A stretch of DNA of 64,000 nt from a virus (IMGVR_UViG_3300033475_000011:1-64000), one strand, 5' to 3'; numbered from the stretch's first letter, positions 1 through 8,553 are shown. The notes: generated by a model not told the origin, from the letters alone. Numbers and translations: made by a program.

Positions 1-39
1 GAGCTGGAGCGTCTCGCCCGCTGGGAAGAGACCGGCAGC

Positions 40-714
40 TTGACGATCCAGCGCCTTAACGCCGAACTGGCCGAGCTGAGTGCCCGGTTCGGGCTGTCCG
101 AGGATCGCGGCGACAACCGATGCCCATCCTGCGAGCACCGCATCTCCATGCACGGCGACGAGGGCTGCGTCCAAGAGATCGACCACGGACCCGGCGACGA
201 ACCGTGCTGCTGCCCATGCGCTGTCGAAGTCGACGGCACCGCTCAGGCCCGCGACCAGGCCGGGACCGGGGACACGGCACAACCAGGCGGGGACGTGATC
301 GAGCAGCGCGCCGCCGAGGTCGTCCAGGAAGCCATCTGGCCCGCCCTCCGCGACCAGGTCGACGAGTCCTGGACCTACAGCGAGGTCCGCAACCTGCTCA
401 CGACTAAGGCCGTCGACGCTCTCGCGGCCAACCTCCTGCTCGCCACCCACCCGGAAGGGCCGACCGCTCGTCGCGATCCGCTCACGCGCGAACTCAACTC
501 CAAGATCGTTCACGCGTACACGAGCAAGACGCACAAGCCGGGCATCCCCAGCACGCTGATCCGGGCCCTGATCGAAGAGGGCGTGTTCGCACGCCCAGAA
601 CCCGAACCTGCCCGCCCGGACACCCCAACGGAACCCGGGGGTGTGTTGGAAGACGGGGGCGACGGTCCAACAGACGTTGGGGACACGGACAGCCAGGGGG
701 CCGGGCAATGCTGA
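40..714 (+). CDS. hypothetical phage protein with Cys/His metal-binding motif (true start may lie upstream of the window)
   Basis: CPSCEHRISMH...C...CCPC motif; stop overlaps the next ORF. Confidence 0.6.
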   Translation: MTIQRLNAELAELSARFGLSEDRGDNRCPSCEHRISMHGDEGCVQEIDHGPGDEPCCCPCAVEVDGTAQARDQAGTGDTAQPGGDVIEQRAAEVVQEAIWPALRDQVDESWTYSEVRNLLTTKAVDALAANLLLATHPEGPTARRDPLTRELNSKIVHAYTSKTHKPGIPSTLIRALIEEGVFARPEPEPARPDTPTEPGGVLEDGGDGPTDVGDTDSQGAGQC

Positions 715-1028
715 AGGCTGATCCGCCGAGGCAAGACGTCATCGCGGGACTGATCGACAAGATCAGGGCGTACGACGACCTCACCGGCGACGACCTCGGC
801 CGGGCCGCGATCGCTCTGTCGATCACGGACGCGACTTCGAGCGTTGACGAGTTGGCGTCATGGATCGTGGTGCATCTCGTGCGCGCTGCCCGGGAGCCGG
901 ACTGGCGTCGCATCGCCATCCGCTGCTGGGAGTTGGATGGCCGCGAGGAGATCAGCCGGCAGCTGGAGCCGGGCCAGTTCGGTGCACTCATGGCGGCCGT
1001 GAAAGCCGAGCAGGGGCCACGAGCGTGA
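708..1028 (+). CDS. hypothetical protein
   Basis: Coupled to neighbours; GTGA overlap with the recombinase. Confidence 0.6.
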   Translation: MLKADPPRQDVIAGLIDKIRAYDDLTGDDLGRAAIALSITDATSSVDELASWIVVHLVRAAREPDWRRIAIRCWELDGREEISRQLEPGQFGALMAAVKAEQGPRA

Positions 1029-2311
1029 ACACCACCACTGTCCGCCGATGCGTGCTCTACGCCCGGATCAGCCTCAGCAAAGAAGAATCCGTCTCGGTCG
1101 AACGCCAGCTGACCTCTGCCCGCAAATACGCCGAGGGTCGCGGCTGGCAAGTGATCGGCGAGTTCATCGACGATGGCGTCTCCGCGACCGCCAACCGGCC
1201 CGAGGACCGCAAGGGTTGGACAGCGCTCCTGGCCGCAGACGGCTTCGACGCCGTCGTGATCTGGAAGGTGGATCGGCTCGCGCGGCGGGTGCTGGACTTC
1301 CTTCACGTCGATGACGTGTTGCAGCGACGCGGCGCAGGTCTCGTCGCGGTTGAGGACCCGATCGACATGACCACCCCGATGGGACGTGCCTTCGCAACCA
1401 TCCTGGCCGTGTTCGGCGAGATGGAGGCCGCCGCCATCGGTGCCCGCGTCCGGGCCGCCCGCGCTCACTTGCTCGCCGAGGGTCGCTTCGTCGGCGGCGG
1501 GATCCCCTACGGCTACCTCTCGGCACTGAACCCGGACGGGCCAGGTCGAGTGCTGGTCAAGGACCCGGAGCGTGTCGGCTGGCTTGCTGAGGCGATCGCG
1601 ATGGCCCTTCGGGGAGTCACGGTCAACGCGATCGCCAGCTGGCTGACTGCCCAGGCCGCACCGCTCCCGCGTGGCCGGACACGCAAGACCGGCAGCGTCG
1701 CATGGAGCAATCAGACGGTCAACCACCTGCTGCGCAACCCCATCCTGGCCGGGATGACGCCACGCAATCCGGGCCGGGGCAGGAACACCCGGGACGTCGA
1801 CCCGTTTGCGGTCGTCCGCGACGATAACGGTGACCCGGTCGTGAACGAGACGCTCGCCCTGATCAGCACCGAGGAGTTCACGGCGTTGCAGAACCTCCTC
1901 GACTCGCGTACCAGTCCGCAATCGGTGAAGCGACGCGATCGAGAAAAGACGAGCCCGCTCCTGTCGCGGGTCGCGCACTGTGACGACTGCAACGTATATA
2001 TGTGTCGCGGCACCAATCAAAAACGGCCCGTCCTCTACTGTCCGCGCTGTCGCCAGACACTCGCCCGCACCCCGTTCGATCCCTACCTCATCCGACGGTT
2101 GCTACGGGAACGCGGGCGCGAACCGTACGGCGCGGCGACTGTCCGGGAGTGCTGGAAAGCCCTCGGCACCAACGACGAGGCGCGCCGGGAGATCCTCCTC
2201 TCCCAACTGGACAGCCTCCGTATCCGCCGCGGCGTCGTCGGCCGCTACTTCGACAAGGACCGGGTGCTGCTCCGCTGGCGCACCGCCGAACCCTCTCAGG
2301 AGGCTGCATGA
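1025..2311 (+). CDS. large serine recombinase (resolvase + recombinase + Zn-ribbon domains)
   Basis: LYARIS catalytic Ser motif, DDGVSA, WKVDRLAR, Zn ribbon CDDC...CPRC; GTG start at 1025. Confidence 0.92.
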   Translation: MNTTTVRRCVLYARISLSKEESVSVERQLTSARKYAEGRGWQVIGEFIDDGVSATANRPEDRKGWTALLAADGFDAVVIWKVDRLARRVLDFLHVDDVLQRRGAGLVAVEDPIDMTTPMGRAFATILAVFGEMEAAAIGARVRAARAHLLAEGRFVGGGIPYGYLSALNPDGPGRVLVKDPERVGWLAEAIAMALRGVTVNAIASWLTAQAAPLPRGRTRKTGSVAWSNQTVNHLLRNPILAGMTPRNPGRGRNTRDVDPFAVVRDDNGDPVVNETLALISTEEFTALQNLLDSRTSPQSVKRRDREKTSPLLSRVAHCDDCNVYMCRGTNQKRPVLYCPRCRQTLARTPFDPYLIRRLLRERGREPYGAATVRECWKALGTNDEARREILLSQLDSLRIRRGVVGRYFDKDRVLLRWRTAEPSQEAA

Positions 2312-2538
2312 CCACTAAGAAATGTGGGACATGCGGAGCCGATAAGCCGTTGAGCGAGTTCGATTCAGCGCTCAATGGAAATGGGTACAGATCACTGCGC
2401 AAGCACTGTCGACCCTGCATGAGGATTAGGGACCGCCGCCGATTCGAGAGGACACAAATGCTACGGGAACAATCACGATTGCCATTGCCCACCTATGACG
2501 ACCTGGCGGTTTGGTACGCGGCGGGGTGCCCGCTGTGA
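2308..2538 (+). CDS. small Zn-finger protein (CxxC...CxxC)
   Basis: KKCGTCGADKPLSEF...HCRPC; ATGA overlap. Confidence 0.65.
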   Translation: MTTKKCGTCGADKPLSEFDSALNGNGYRSLRKHCRPCMRIRDRRRFERTQMLREQSRLPLPTYDDLAVWYAAGCPL

Positions 2539-2584
2539 GCGATCCCGCCCGCCAGGAGCCCAGCCAGGACCCCCAGGAGGACAA

Positions 2585-3157
2585 GTGAGCTATCGCAACC
2601 CCATCCACGGCCTCGACTCCGACGCCGAACCGGCCGGCGCGGACGCCGCACGCAGCCTCGCGCCCCGTCGGCCACGCATCGTGTGTATCTGCGGCAGCAT
2701 GCGCTTCCAAGCCCAGATGCTCGACGTATCCGTGGACGAGTCGATCGCGGGGAAGATCGTCGTTCTGCCGCTGGTCAACATGAAGAAGGATCCTCAGCGC
2801 TGGGGCGACGCGGTGTTCACTGCCGCGATGAAAGCGCACCTGGACCGACTGCACCTCGCCAAGATCGACCTGGCGGATGAGGTGCTGATCGTCAACCCGG
2901 GCGGCTACATCGGCGATTCGACGCGGCGGGAGATCTCCTACGCCGAAGAGACCGGCAAGCCGGTGCGCTACCTCGAGGAGCCCAGCCAGGGCACCCCCTT
3001 TGAGGCCGGTGACAGCGTGTCGGCCACCCCAAACGCGTCTCAAAGCGACGAGCCGTGCGATGGCGTGCACGTCGGCGTGGTTGGCGACGACCGCTGCATC
3101 CGCTGCGGAGACGACGGGACCGAGCCCGACCAGGGCGCCGAAACGGAGGACGCGTGA
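2585..3157 (+). CDS. nucleoside 2-deoxyribosyltransferase-like protein
   Basis: IVCICGSMRF...HLAKIDLADEVLIVNPGGYIGDSTRREISYA pattern; GGAGG RBS. Confidence 0.7.
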   Translation: MSYRNPIHGLDSDAEPAGADAARSLAPRRPRIVCICGSMRFQAQMLDVSVDESIAGKIVVLPLVNMKKDPQRWGDAVFTAAMKAHLDRLHLAKIDLADEVLIVNPGGYIGDSTRREISYAEETGKPVRYLEEPSQGTPFEAGDSVSATPNASQSDEPCDGVHVGVVGDDRCIRCGDDGTEPDQGAETEDA

Positions 3158-3327
3158 TGACCAACGATCTCTTCGAGCTTCTCCGCGCGGGCCACGAAGT
3201 ACGCATTACCCGCTGCGAGCGGCACAAGGACTGGATGCGCGACATCACCGCAGACTGCCCCGATCCGTGTCCGGACTGTGTTTACGAACCTATCCGCCCG
3301 GCTACCAGCGAGGAGCCCGAGTCATGA
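3157..3327 (+). CDS. hypothetical protein
   Basis: TGATG overlap, RBS. Confidence 0.5.
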   Translation: MTNDLFELLRAGHEVRITRCERHKDWMRDITADCPDPCPDCVYEPIRPATSEEPES

Positions 3328-3566
3328 GCCACGTCGATTCTTTCAACGAACAAACGGTCCGGTCTTCCGCTGTCCTCGCGGGCGCCCGTGTCGGTGCCAG
3401 CAACAACAGCCAGGAGGAGTTGCGGAAGGCGGCACTGTTCGTGGCCTCGAACGCGGCGGATGCCGATGACTGTCGGCTGCTCCTCGAAGCGCTCGGGATC
3501 CTCGGTCATGGGGTGAAGCATCGCGTGACGGCGCACCGCAGGGTTCGGGTGGAGGAGGCGTCGTGA
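3324..3566 (+). CDS. hypothetical actinophage protein
   Basis: ATGA overlap, RBS. Confidence 0.6.
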   Translation: MSHVDSFNEQTVRSSAVLAGARVGASNNSQEELRKAALFVASNAADADDCRLLLEALGILGHGVKHRVTAHRRVRVEEAS

Positions 3567-3781
3567 TCGGCATCTTCCAGCGCCTCCACCTGTGCAACCA
3601 GCGCCACCCCGACTTCCCGGGTGTGTCGTGTGTCCGGGACTACCACTACGACCGGCACCATGCCGGGGATGGTGTGTCGTGGGTGGATGCGGATCCTCCT
3701 CGCCGCAACGCCGGGGTGTGGTCTGCGTTGATGGCCGCACCGGTGGACGAGATGGCCTTGGCGTTCGGGGAGGACATGTGA
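3563..3781 (+). CDS. hypothetical protein
   Basis: GTGA overlap chain. Confidence 0.5.
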   Translation: MIGIFQRLHLCNQRHPDFPGVSCVRDYHYDRHHAGDGVSWVDADPPRRNAGVWSALMAAPVDEMALAFGEDM

Positions 3782-4029
3782 GCGAGGTGGACGGCGGTAA
3801 CCCGGCCAGGATCCGTGCCCGCGCCGAGGAGATCGCCGCCTACTACCAAGCCTCCGGCCTGACGCCGTTGGAGATGGGCTACGTCACCGTGGCCCTGTGT
3901 CTGTCGGAATCCGCCTGGTATTTGCGTGATGCGGCGGCCCGGGGCCTGTCCCCGGGCCGCCTGCGGGACATGGCGGGCATCCTCCAGTGCCTGGCCGAGG
4001 ATGCCCGCCTCATCGGGGAGATCGCGTGA
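3778..4029 (+). CDS. hypothetical protein
   Basis: GTGA overlap, GGAGG RBS. Confidence 0.55.
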   Translation: MSEVDGGNPARIRARAEEIAAYYQASGLTPLEMGYVTVALCLSESAWYLRDAAARGLSPGRLRDMAGILQCLAEDARLIGEIA

Positions 4030-4355
4030 CAGCCTCACCGATGAGCGAGGCCCAGTTCCAGCGGCGAGTGATCGAGACCGCGAAGTGGTATGGCTGGCTG
4101 GTGCACCACTCGCGGCCAGCCCGGAACAGCGACGGTTCCTGGTCCACACCCATCGACGGTGACCCTGGCCTACCGGATTTGGTGCTGGCCCGCGACGGAG
4201 TTGTGCTCCTGGTCGAGCTGAAGAAGGACAAGGGCCGCCCGTCGAAGGGGCAACTGAAGTGGCTGGCTGCACTCGGTGTGCATGGTCGTTTGTGGCGGCC
4301 GGCGAACTGGGACGAGGCGTTGGCTGAGTTGTCGGCCCAGCGTCGGGCGGCGTGA
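4026..4355 (+). CDS. VRR-NUC / PD-(D/E)XK nuclease
   Basis: SEAQFQRRVI...GLPDLVLARDGVVLLVELK...Q..WL. Confidence 0.85.
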   Translation: MTASPMSEAQFQRRVIETAKWYGWLVHHSRPARNSDGSWSTPIDGDPGLPDLVLARDGVVLLVELKKDKGRPSKGQLKWLAALGVHGRLWRPANWDEALAELSAQRRAA

Positions 4356-4549
4356 TGTCAAAGAAGGACATCCGGAAGCTGGTGCGGAAGCTGAGACGAC
4401 AGGGTTGGGTGGTGGCGATCGCTCGGTCTGGGCCTTGGCGCCTCACGAGCCCGTCGGGGGAGCGCATCACGTGCTCCATGTCCCCGAGTGATCCGCACGC
4501 ATACGCTAACGTCCGCTCCGATGCCAGACGGCTCGGAGCGGACGTATAG
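4352..4549 (+). CDS. HicA-like small protein
   Basis: DIRKLVRKLRRQGWVV..RSGPWRLTSPSG...SPSDPHAYAN; HicA-like size and pattern. Confidence 0.6.
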   Translation: MMSKKDIRKLVRKLRRQGWVVAIARSGPWRLTSPSGERITCSMSPSDPHAYANVRSDARRLGADV

Positions 4550-4557
4550 GGCCTGGG

Positions 4558-5058
4558 TTACGCTGCGACGCTCGCCACGATGCTCTCAACCTCACCGCCA
4601 GACAGGTAGCCATCGTTGTCCCGCAGCGCCTCCGCCACATCCACGATCGCATCCCAGTAGTCCTCCACCAGGTCAGCCGCGAGCTGTTCGGCGTACCCAA
4701 CGTCAATGGTGGAGTGCTCGGTAAGGGTGTCTGCGCAGTTGTAGTCGCCGGTAGCGTTGCCCCTGGCCATTTTCCAGGCCTTCCGCGACCGGTATCCCTG
4801 CTCCATGTACCAGCGGGCCTCGGCGGCCGGGCCGCACATGTCTGACACCATGCGCCGATCGATCCCGTCGGTGTCGTCGGTGTCCGGAATCCACCCGACG
4901 GTGTCGCCGGAGGACGAGATGCCACCCAGTATGCCTCCGCTTACGGACACGCTGACCTCGCGCACTCCAAGTTCGAGCGCGATGTTGGCCACGGCGTGCC
5001 CCGCCTCGTGGTGGGACACGACATGCCACTCCCACTCAAGATCATCGTGTTTTGCCAT
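4558..5058 (-). CDS. stand-alone M41 (FtsH-type) zinc metallopeptidase-like domain
   Basis: HHEAGHAVA, GPAAE, GDY, WDAIVDVAEAL. Confidence 0.75.
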   Translation of the reverse strand: MAKHDDLEWEWHVVSHHEAGHAVANIALELGVREVSVSVSGGILGGISSSGDTVGWIPDTDDTDGIDRRMVSDMCGPAAEARWYMEQGYRSRKAWKMARGNATGDYNCADTLTEHSTIDVGYAEQLAADLVEDYWDAIVDVAEALRDNDGYLSGGEVESIVASVAA

Positions 5059-5069
5059 TGGCGTGCCCC

Positions 5070-5819
5070 TCACGTTGCGATGTGGTGGATGACGGTGAGC
5101 GCCGTGTCCCACACGCCAGGGAGCAGCAACACCCCAAGCGCAGCGAACACGGGGAAGATGACGCGGGATTCGACGGCACCGCCGGTCCGGAACCGCATGA
5201 AGTAGGGCGGCCCGAGCTCCGCCCACGTCTCCCCGGCGATGGGGATCGGGAACAGGAACGGGCAGCCACTCAGGGTGAGCGCGTCGCCGAGGCAGTGCAC
5301 GACACAGCCCACTGTGACAGCGATCCACAGCCAAGGGGCGACACTGTCCAGCACTGTCCCGCCACTGGTGATCGCGATGGCCGCTGCCCCGCCGCCGGCT
5401 GCGAGTGCGATCCATCCCCCGAGGGCCGCGTGTGCGAGCAGTATCCCGAACGCCAACACGGCGAGTACCACCCACCGGCCCGCGAGGTGGGTTCCGAGGG
5501 CGGTGAGTCCGCCGGCGGCCAGTGCGAACACGACAGTGTGGGAGAGATGCCTGTGCTCGCCGGACCAGTCCTCATCTCGTGGCCCTTTCGTCACGGCATA
5601 CAGGGCGCGGGAAGCGCCCCGGAGAGCCCACGACATGGCCCCGGTGATGGGGCCGAGGATTCGGGATGCGGTGGCGCTACCACAGTCGAGATCGGGCAGG
5701 AGCGCGAAACCCGCTACTGTGGTGGCGAAGAGGATGCTGGGCAGCGTGGCCAGCCCGAGCGCGGGCGCGACCGCGAGGCCAGCGCACCAACCGGAGATCC
5801 CGTGCGTCCTGCCCATCAT
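5070..5819 (-). CDS. membrane metal-dependent hydrolase (YdjM/DUF457-like)
   Basis: MGRTH, LLPDLD, HRHLSHT, HCLGDALT; several TM helices. Confidence 0.85.
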   Translation of the reverse strand: MMGRTHGISGWCAGLAVAPALGLATLPSILFATTVAGFALLPDLDCGSATASRILGPITGAMSWALRGASRALYAVTKGPRDEDWSGEHRHLSHTVVFALAAGGLTALGTHLAGRWVVLAVLAFGILLAHAALGGWIALAAGGGAAAIAITSGGTVLDSVAPWLWIAVTVGCVVHCLGDALTLSGCPFLFPIPIAGETWAELGPPYFMRFRTGGAVESRVIFPVFAALGVLLLPGVWDTALTVIHHIAT

Positions 5820-5834
5820 GCCGTCACTCCCTTT

Positions 5835-6005
5835 CTATGCTGCGTCGAGGCCATGTGGCGTGTCGGGGATGAACCGGCGGAACGCCTCGACGATCTGCCG
5901 CGTCTCCCGCAACTCGCCTTGGGCTGTGTCGAGCTGTGCCCGGAGTTGGATGTTCTCCTCCGCCAGGGCCTCGTTCTCCCGGGCCACGAAAAGCGGGTCA
6001 CACAT
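5835..6005 (-). CDS. small coiled-coil protein
   Basis: Coupled chain of leftward ORFs. Confidence 0.5.
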   Translation of the reverse strand: MCDPLFVARENEALAEENIQLRAQLDTAQGELRETRQIVEAFRRFIPDTPHGLDAA

Positions 6006-6192
6006 CGTCGTAGTCCGGTATCGGCCGCACCGACTCGGAGATGACATTCCATACGCCGCCAGCCCCGTCCCGCACCCGCTCACCCTGGCTGGCGTCGTAG
6101 GGCATCAGGGCGCCGATGATGACGGTTCCCATGCGGTCAGGCAGGTGTGCACTCACCAGGGTGCCGGTGGAGATGTCTTCGATGTCACTCAT
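5998..6192 (-). CDS. hypothetical protein
   Basis: RBS and ATGA overlap. Confidence 0.5.
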   Translation of the reverse strand: MSDIEDISTGTLVSAHLPDRMGTVIIGALMPYDASQGERVRDGAGGVWNVISESVRPIPDYDDV

Positions 6193-6398
6193 GCTGCTGT
6201 CTCCTGGATGTTGTGGATGGTGGCCGCAACCTGTGCCCGGAGCAGTTTGTCCCGCTCCAGGGTCACGGCCGCGAGTTTGGTGGTGAGGTCGGCGACCTGG
6301 GTGTCGAGCACGATCTCCCGCCGCTCCAACTCGCCGACCCGTCGGTGTGCTGCTGCGAGGTCTTGGCGGGTGACCTCGCAGCACCGCTGCCCGCTCAC
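6189..6398 (-). CDS. small coiled-coil protein
   Basis: GTGA overlap. Confidence 0.5.
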   Translation of the reverse strand: MSGQRCCEVTRQDLAAAHRRVGELERREIVLDTQVADLTTKLAAVTLERDKLLRAQVAATIHNIQETAA

Positions 6399-6742
6399 CT
6401 CGCGACTCGACTGGGCCTGGCACGCTTCGTTGCGTCAACTGCCCCGATGTGGTCCAGCAGCATCCGCAATTCGCGCAGCGTTCGCGGCTGGTAGCCGCGC
6501 AACCTGAGGAAAAACTCGGGGATGTCGTAGAACGCCTCGAAGGCATCATCGAACATCTTCAGACGCAGGCAGGTCTTCCCGCCAAGTTCGCGCTCCTGTA
6601 CCTCAAACTCCCACTTCGACCCATCCCCGTCGGCGGTCGCCGCGACGAGTATGGACGGAGGCTCGTCTGCGCAACTGGACGCGTACCAGGCTTCCTTGAC
6701 GATGATGTAGGTGAGGGTGCAGTCGTTGTCGATGCGTCGCAT
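6395..6742 (-). CDS. hypothetical protein
   Basis: GGAGG RBS; globular composition. Confidence 0.6.
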   Translation of the reverse strand: MRRIDNDCTLTYIIVKEAWYASSCADEPPSILVAATADGDGSKWEFEVQERELGGKTCLRLKMFDDAFEAFYDIPEFFLRLRGYQPRTLRELRMLLDHIGAVDATKRARPSRVAR

Positions 6743-6745
6743 TGG

Positions 6746-6958
6746 TCAGCCCTCCCACGGCTGGCCGGTGTGGCGGTCGTAAACGGTCACGTCGCTCTGG
6801 CTCACCAGCACGTCCAGAACCTCACCCGGCACGGTGTCCCAGTACTGGCCTAGGTCTCGCTCGACGTACACGTTCCAGTAGCCGCCGACGACCTGCTCGA
6901 CAGAGATCTCCTCGTAGGAGTTCTCGATCTCCTGCGCGAGCGCCAGGATGCTGCTCAT
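6746..6958 (-). CDS. hypothetical acidic protein
   Basis: GGGAG RBS upstream of ATG 6958. Confidence 0.55.
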   Translation of the reverse strand: MSSILALAQEIENSYEEISVEQVVGGYWNVYVERDLGQYWDTVPGEVLDVLVSQSDVTVYDRHTGQPWEG

Positions 6959-6999
6959 CGTTGTTCTCCCTTGCTGTTTGGTGTCGCTTGGTTTGGGCA

Positions 7000-7040
7000 C
7001 CTGGTGTCCGTGCAGTCCCCCGACATGCACGGACACCAGG
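7000..7040. terminator. long hairpin (terminator or processing stem)
   Basis: CCTGGTGTCCGTGCA / TGCACGGACACCAGG 15-bp perfect stem just downstream of whiB. Confidence 0.6.
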
Positions 7041-7043
7041 CAG

Positions 7044-7280
7044 TCAGCGGGTGCGGGTGAGGTTGCGACGTTCCCCAGCGGTGGTGCCACCCCGCACAGT
7101 CCAGTCATCCCGCTCGGCGATCGCACCATCCAGGCACTCCGTCTTCACCGGGCAGCGGTTGCACACTGCCTTCGCATCCGCGATCTGCAACTCCGCCGGC
7201 CCCTCGGTTCCGACCGGGGCGAACAACTCCGGGTCGACATCGCGGCACGCCGCCCTGTTCCGCCAGTTCATCTGTGACAC
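7044..7280 (-). CDS. whiB: WhiB family transcriptional regulator
   Basis: WRNRAACRDVDPELF...AKAVCNRCPVKTECL...GGTTAGERR; four Cys. Confidence 0.93.
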   Translation of the reverse strand: MSQMNWRNRAACRDVDPELFAPVGTEGPAELQIADAKAVCNRCPVKTECLDGAIAERDDWTVRGGTTAGERRNLTRTR

Positions 7281-7386
7281 CTCCTCCGTGTCGTTGGTAT
7301 TGGGAGAGGGTTTTCACGGGCCCTTCGGCCCTGTGCCGGACGCCCACGGCTCCCGCCATGGTCACGTACCCTCACCGGCTTCTACG

Positions 7387-7428
7387 TGCCCGGAGCCGGA
7401 GTCGAACCGGCCCTACGACCATCCGGGC
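7387..7428 (-). ncRNA. tRNA-like minihelix (acceptor stem + TpsiC arm only)
   Basis: GCCCGGA-TGGTCGTAGG-GCCGG-TTCGACT-CCGGC-TCCGGGC-A on the minus strand. Confidence 0.65.
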
Positions 7429-7449
7429 TGTTGATCATCTGCTGTCTGG

Positions 7450-7557
7450 CTACCGCTTCGTCGCCCCCTTCACGGCGTCGTAGACCTTGTCCGCGATCGG
7501 CTTGCCGTCGCGGCCCGCACCACGCGCCGGGCTAGGCTTGGGCTCGTTCTTCGCCAT
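7450..7557 (-). CDS. 35-aa basic peptide MAKNEPKPSPARGAGRDGKPIADKVYDAVKGATKR
   Basis: Strong AAGGAG RBS; read manually, not in ORF track. Confidence 0.5.
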   Translation of the reverse strand: MAKNEPKPSPARGAGRDGKPIADKVYDAVKGATKR

Positions 7558-7649
7558 GTGCTTTCTCCTTCTCGTTTTCCTTGTCGGGCTTCCAGCGCCC
7601 GGGAATCCGGCCGCAACCTGTCGGACGGAAACCTGGGAGCTGAAACCGA

Positions 7650-7862
7650 TCAGTCGTCGATGGCCATCTCCTGCTTGATCACGTCGCTCAGCCGCGCGTG
7701 GAGCTGGGTGGTGAAGTCGAGGTCGGCAGTCTCCTCGTCCAGTACCATCACGAACTCGACCAACTCGTCGTGGTCGAAGATCGTGTCGGTGACCAGCTTG
7801 ACCAGATCGGCCATGGTGATCTGGGTGTGCAGGCTCAGTCGGTAGGTCTTCTCGTCTCCCAC
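7650..7862 (-). CDS. hypothetical acidic protein
   Basis: AAGGAG RBS, GTG start. Confidence 0.55.
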   Translation of the reverse strand: MGDEKTYRLSLHTQITMADLVKLVTDTIFDHDELVEFVMVLDEETADLDFTTQLHARLSDVIKQEMAIDD

Positions 7863-7944
7863 TGCGAACTCCTTGTTGTGTTGGGACTCGTCAGCCCGCT
7901 CTCTTTCGCGGGGACGCCCCACACGAGGCGTTTCGTCCAGACAG

Positions 7945-8181
7945 TCAGCGACGCCGCTCGATCTCCCTGGCCATCCCTTCCGGATGGAGAGCGGAGTTGC
8001 CGTCGTCGCTCGCGAGGTGCCATCCCCGCTTGGTCATCTCTCGCAATGCGGCGGCGACTGCGGCGCGGGCGTACTTCCCGGCAGACAGCGGCTGACCGGT
8101 GTCAGCGACAGCCTGGCGGTCGATGATGCCGTCCGTCGCGGCGTCCACGAGGTATTCGGTGAGTTCGTCTCGCTCGGTCAT
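7945..8181 (-). CDS. hypothetical protein
   Basis: GGAGAAGG RBS. Confidence 0.55.
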   Translation of the reverse strand: MTERDELTEYLVDAATDGIIDRQAVADTGQPLSAGKYARAAVAAALREMTKRGWHLASDDGNSALHPEGMAREIERRR

Positions 8182-8237
8182 TACCTTCTCCAAGGGGACT
8201 CGTCAGGCTGGTCTCTGTTCCAGCGACTTTCGTCCAG

Positions 8238-8408
8238 TCAGAACTTGCGGCCCTCGAACGGGTCCGGGACACCTTCCTCACGCCGTGCCCGCGTCAGCTC
8301 CACAGAGGCTTTGAAGGCGGCATCGAAGCTGCCGTTGCGGTACACGAAGTCGTCACTGGCCTTGTCGAACTTGGCTTTCGCGGCATCGGTCTTCGGGGTC
8401 TTCGACAC
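8238..8408 (-). CDS. hypothetical protein
   Basis: GAGGAGG RBS. Confidence 0.55.
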   Translation of the reverse strand: MSKTPKTDAAKAKFDKASDDFVYRNGSFDAAFKASVELTRARREEGVPDPFEGRKF

Positions 8409-8509
8409 GGTGGGTCCTCCTCGTGGGGAGTGGTGGTGTACGACCAGCATACGGTAGTGCACGCTAGTTCGTCTAGTCCCGTTCCCTGGCGAACCCAGCC
8501 CAAAAATCA

Positions 8510-8535
8510 GGGCCGCCCCTCGAAAGGGACGGCCC
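8510..8535 (-). terminator. intrinsic terminator
   Basis: GC stem around a 4-nt loop, followed by TGATTTTT on the minus strand. Confidence 0.6.
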
Positions 8536-8553
8536 CACCTCGATCAATACTGG

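Noticed and set aside
494-2020. 508-aa minus-strand ORF
   Set aside because: Antisense shadow of the serine recombinase, typical of high-GC DNA; no motifs.
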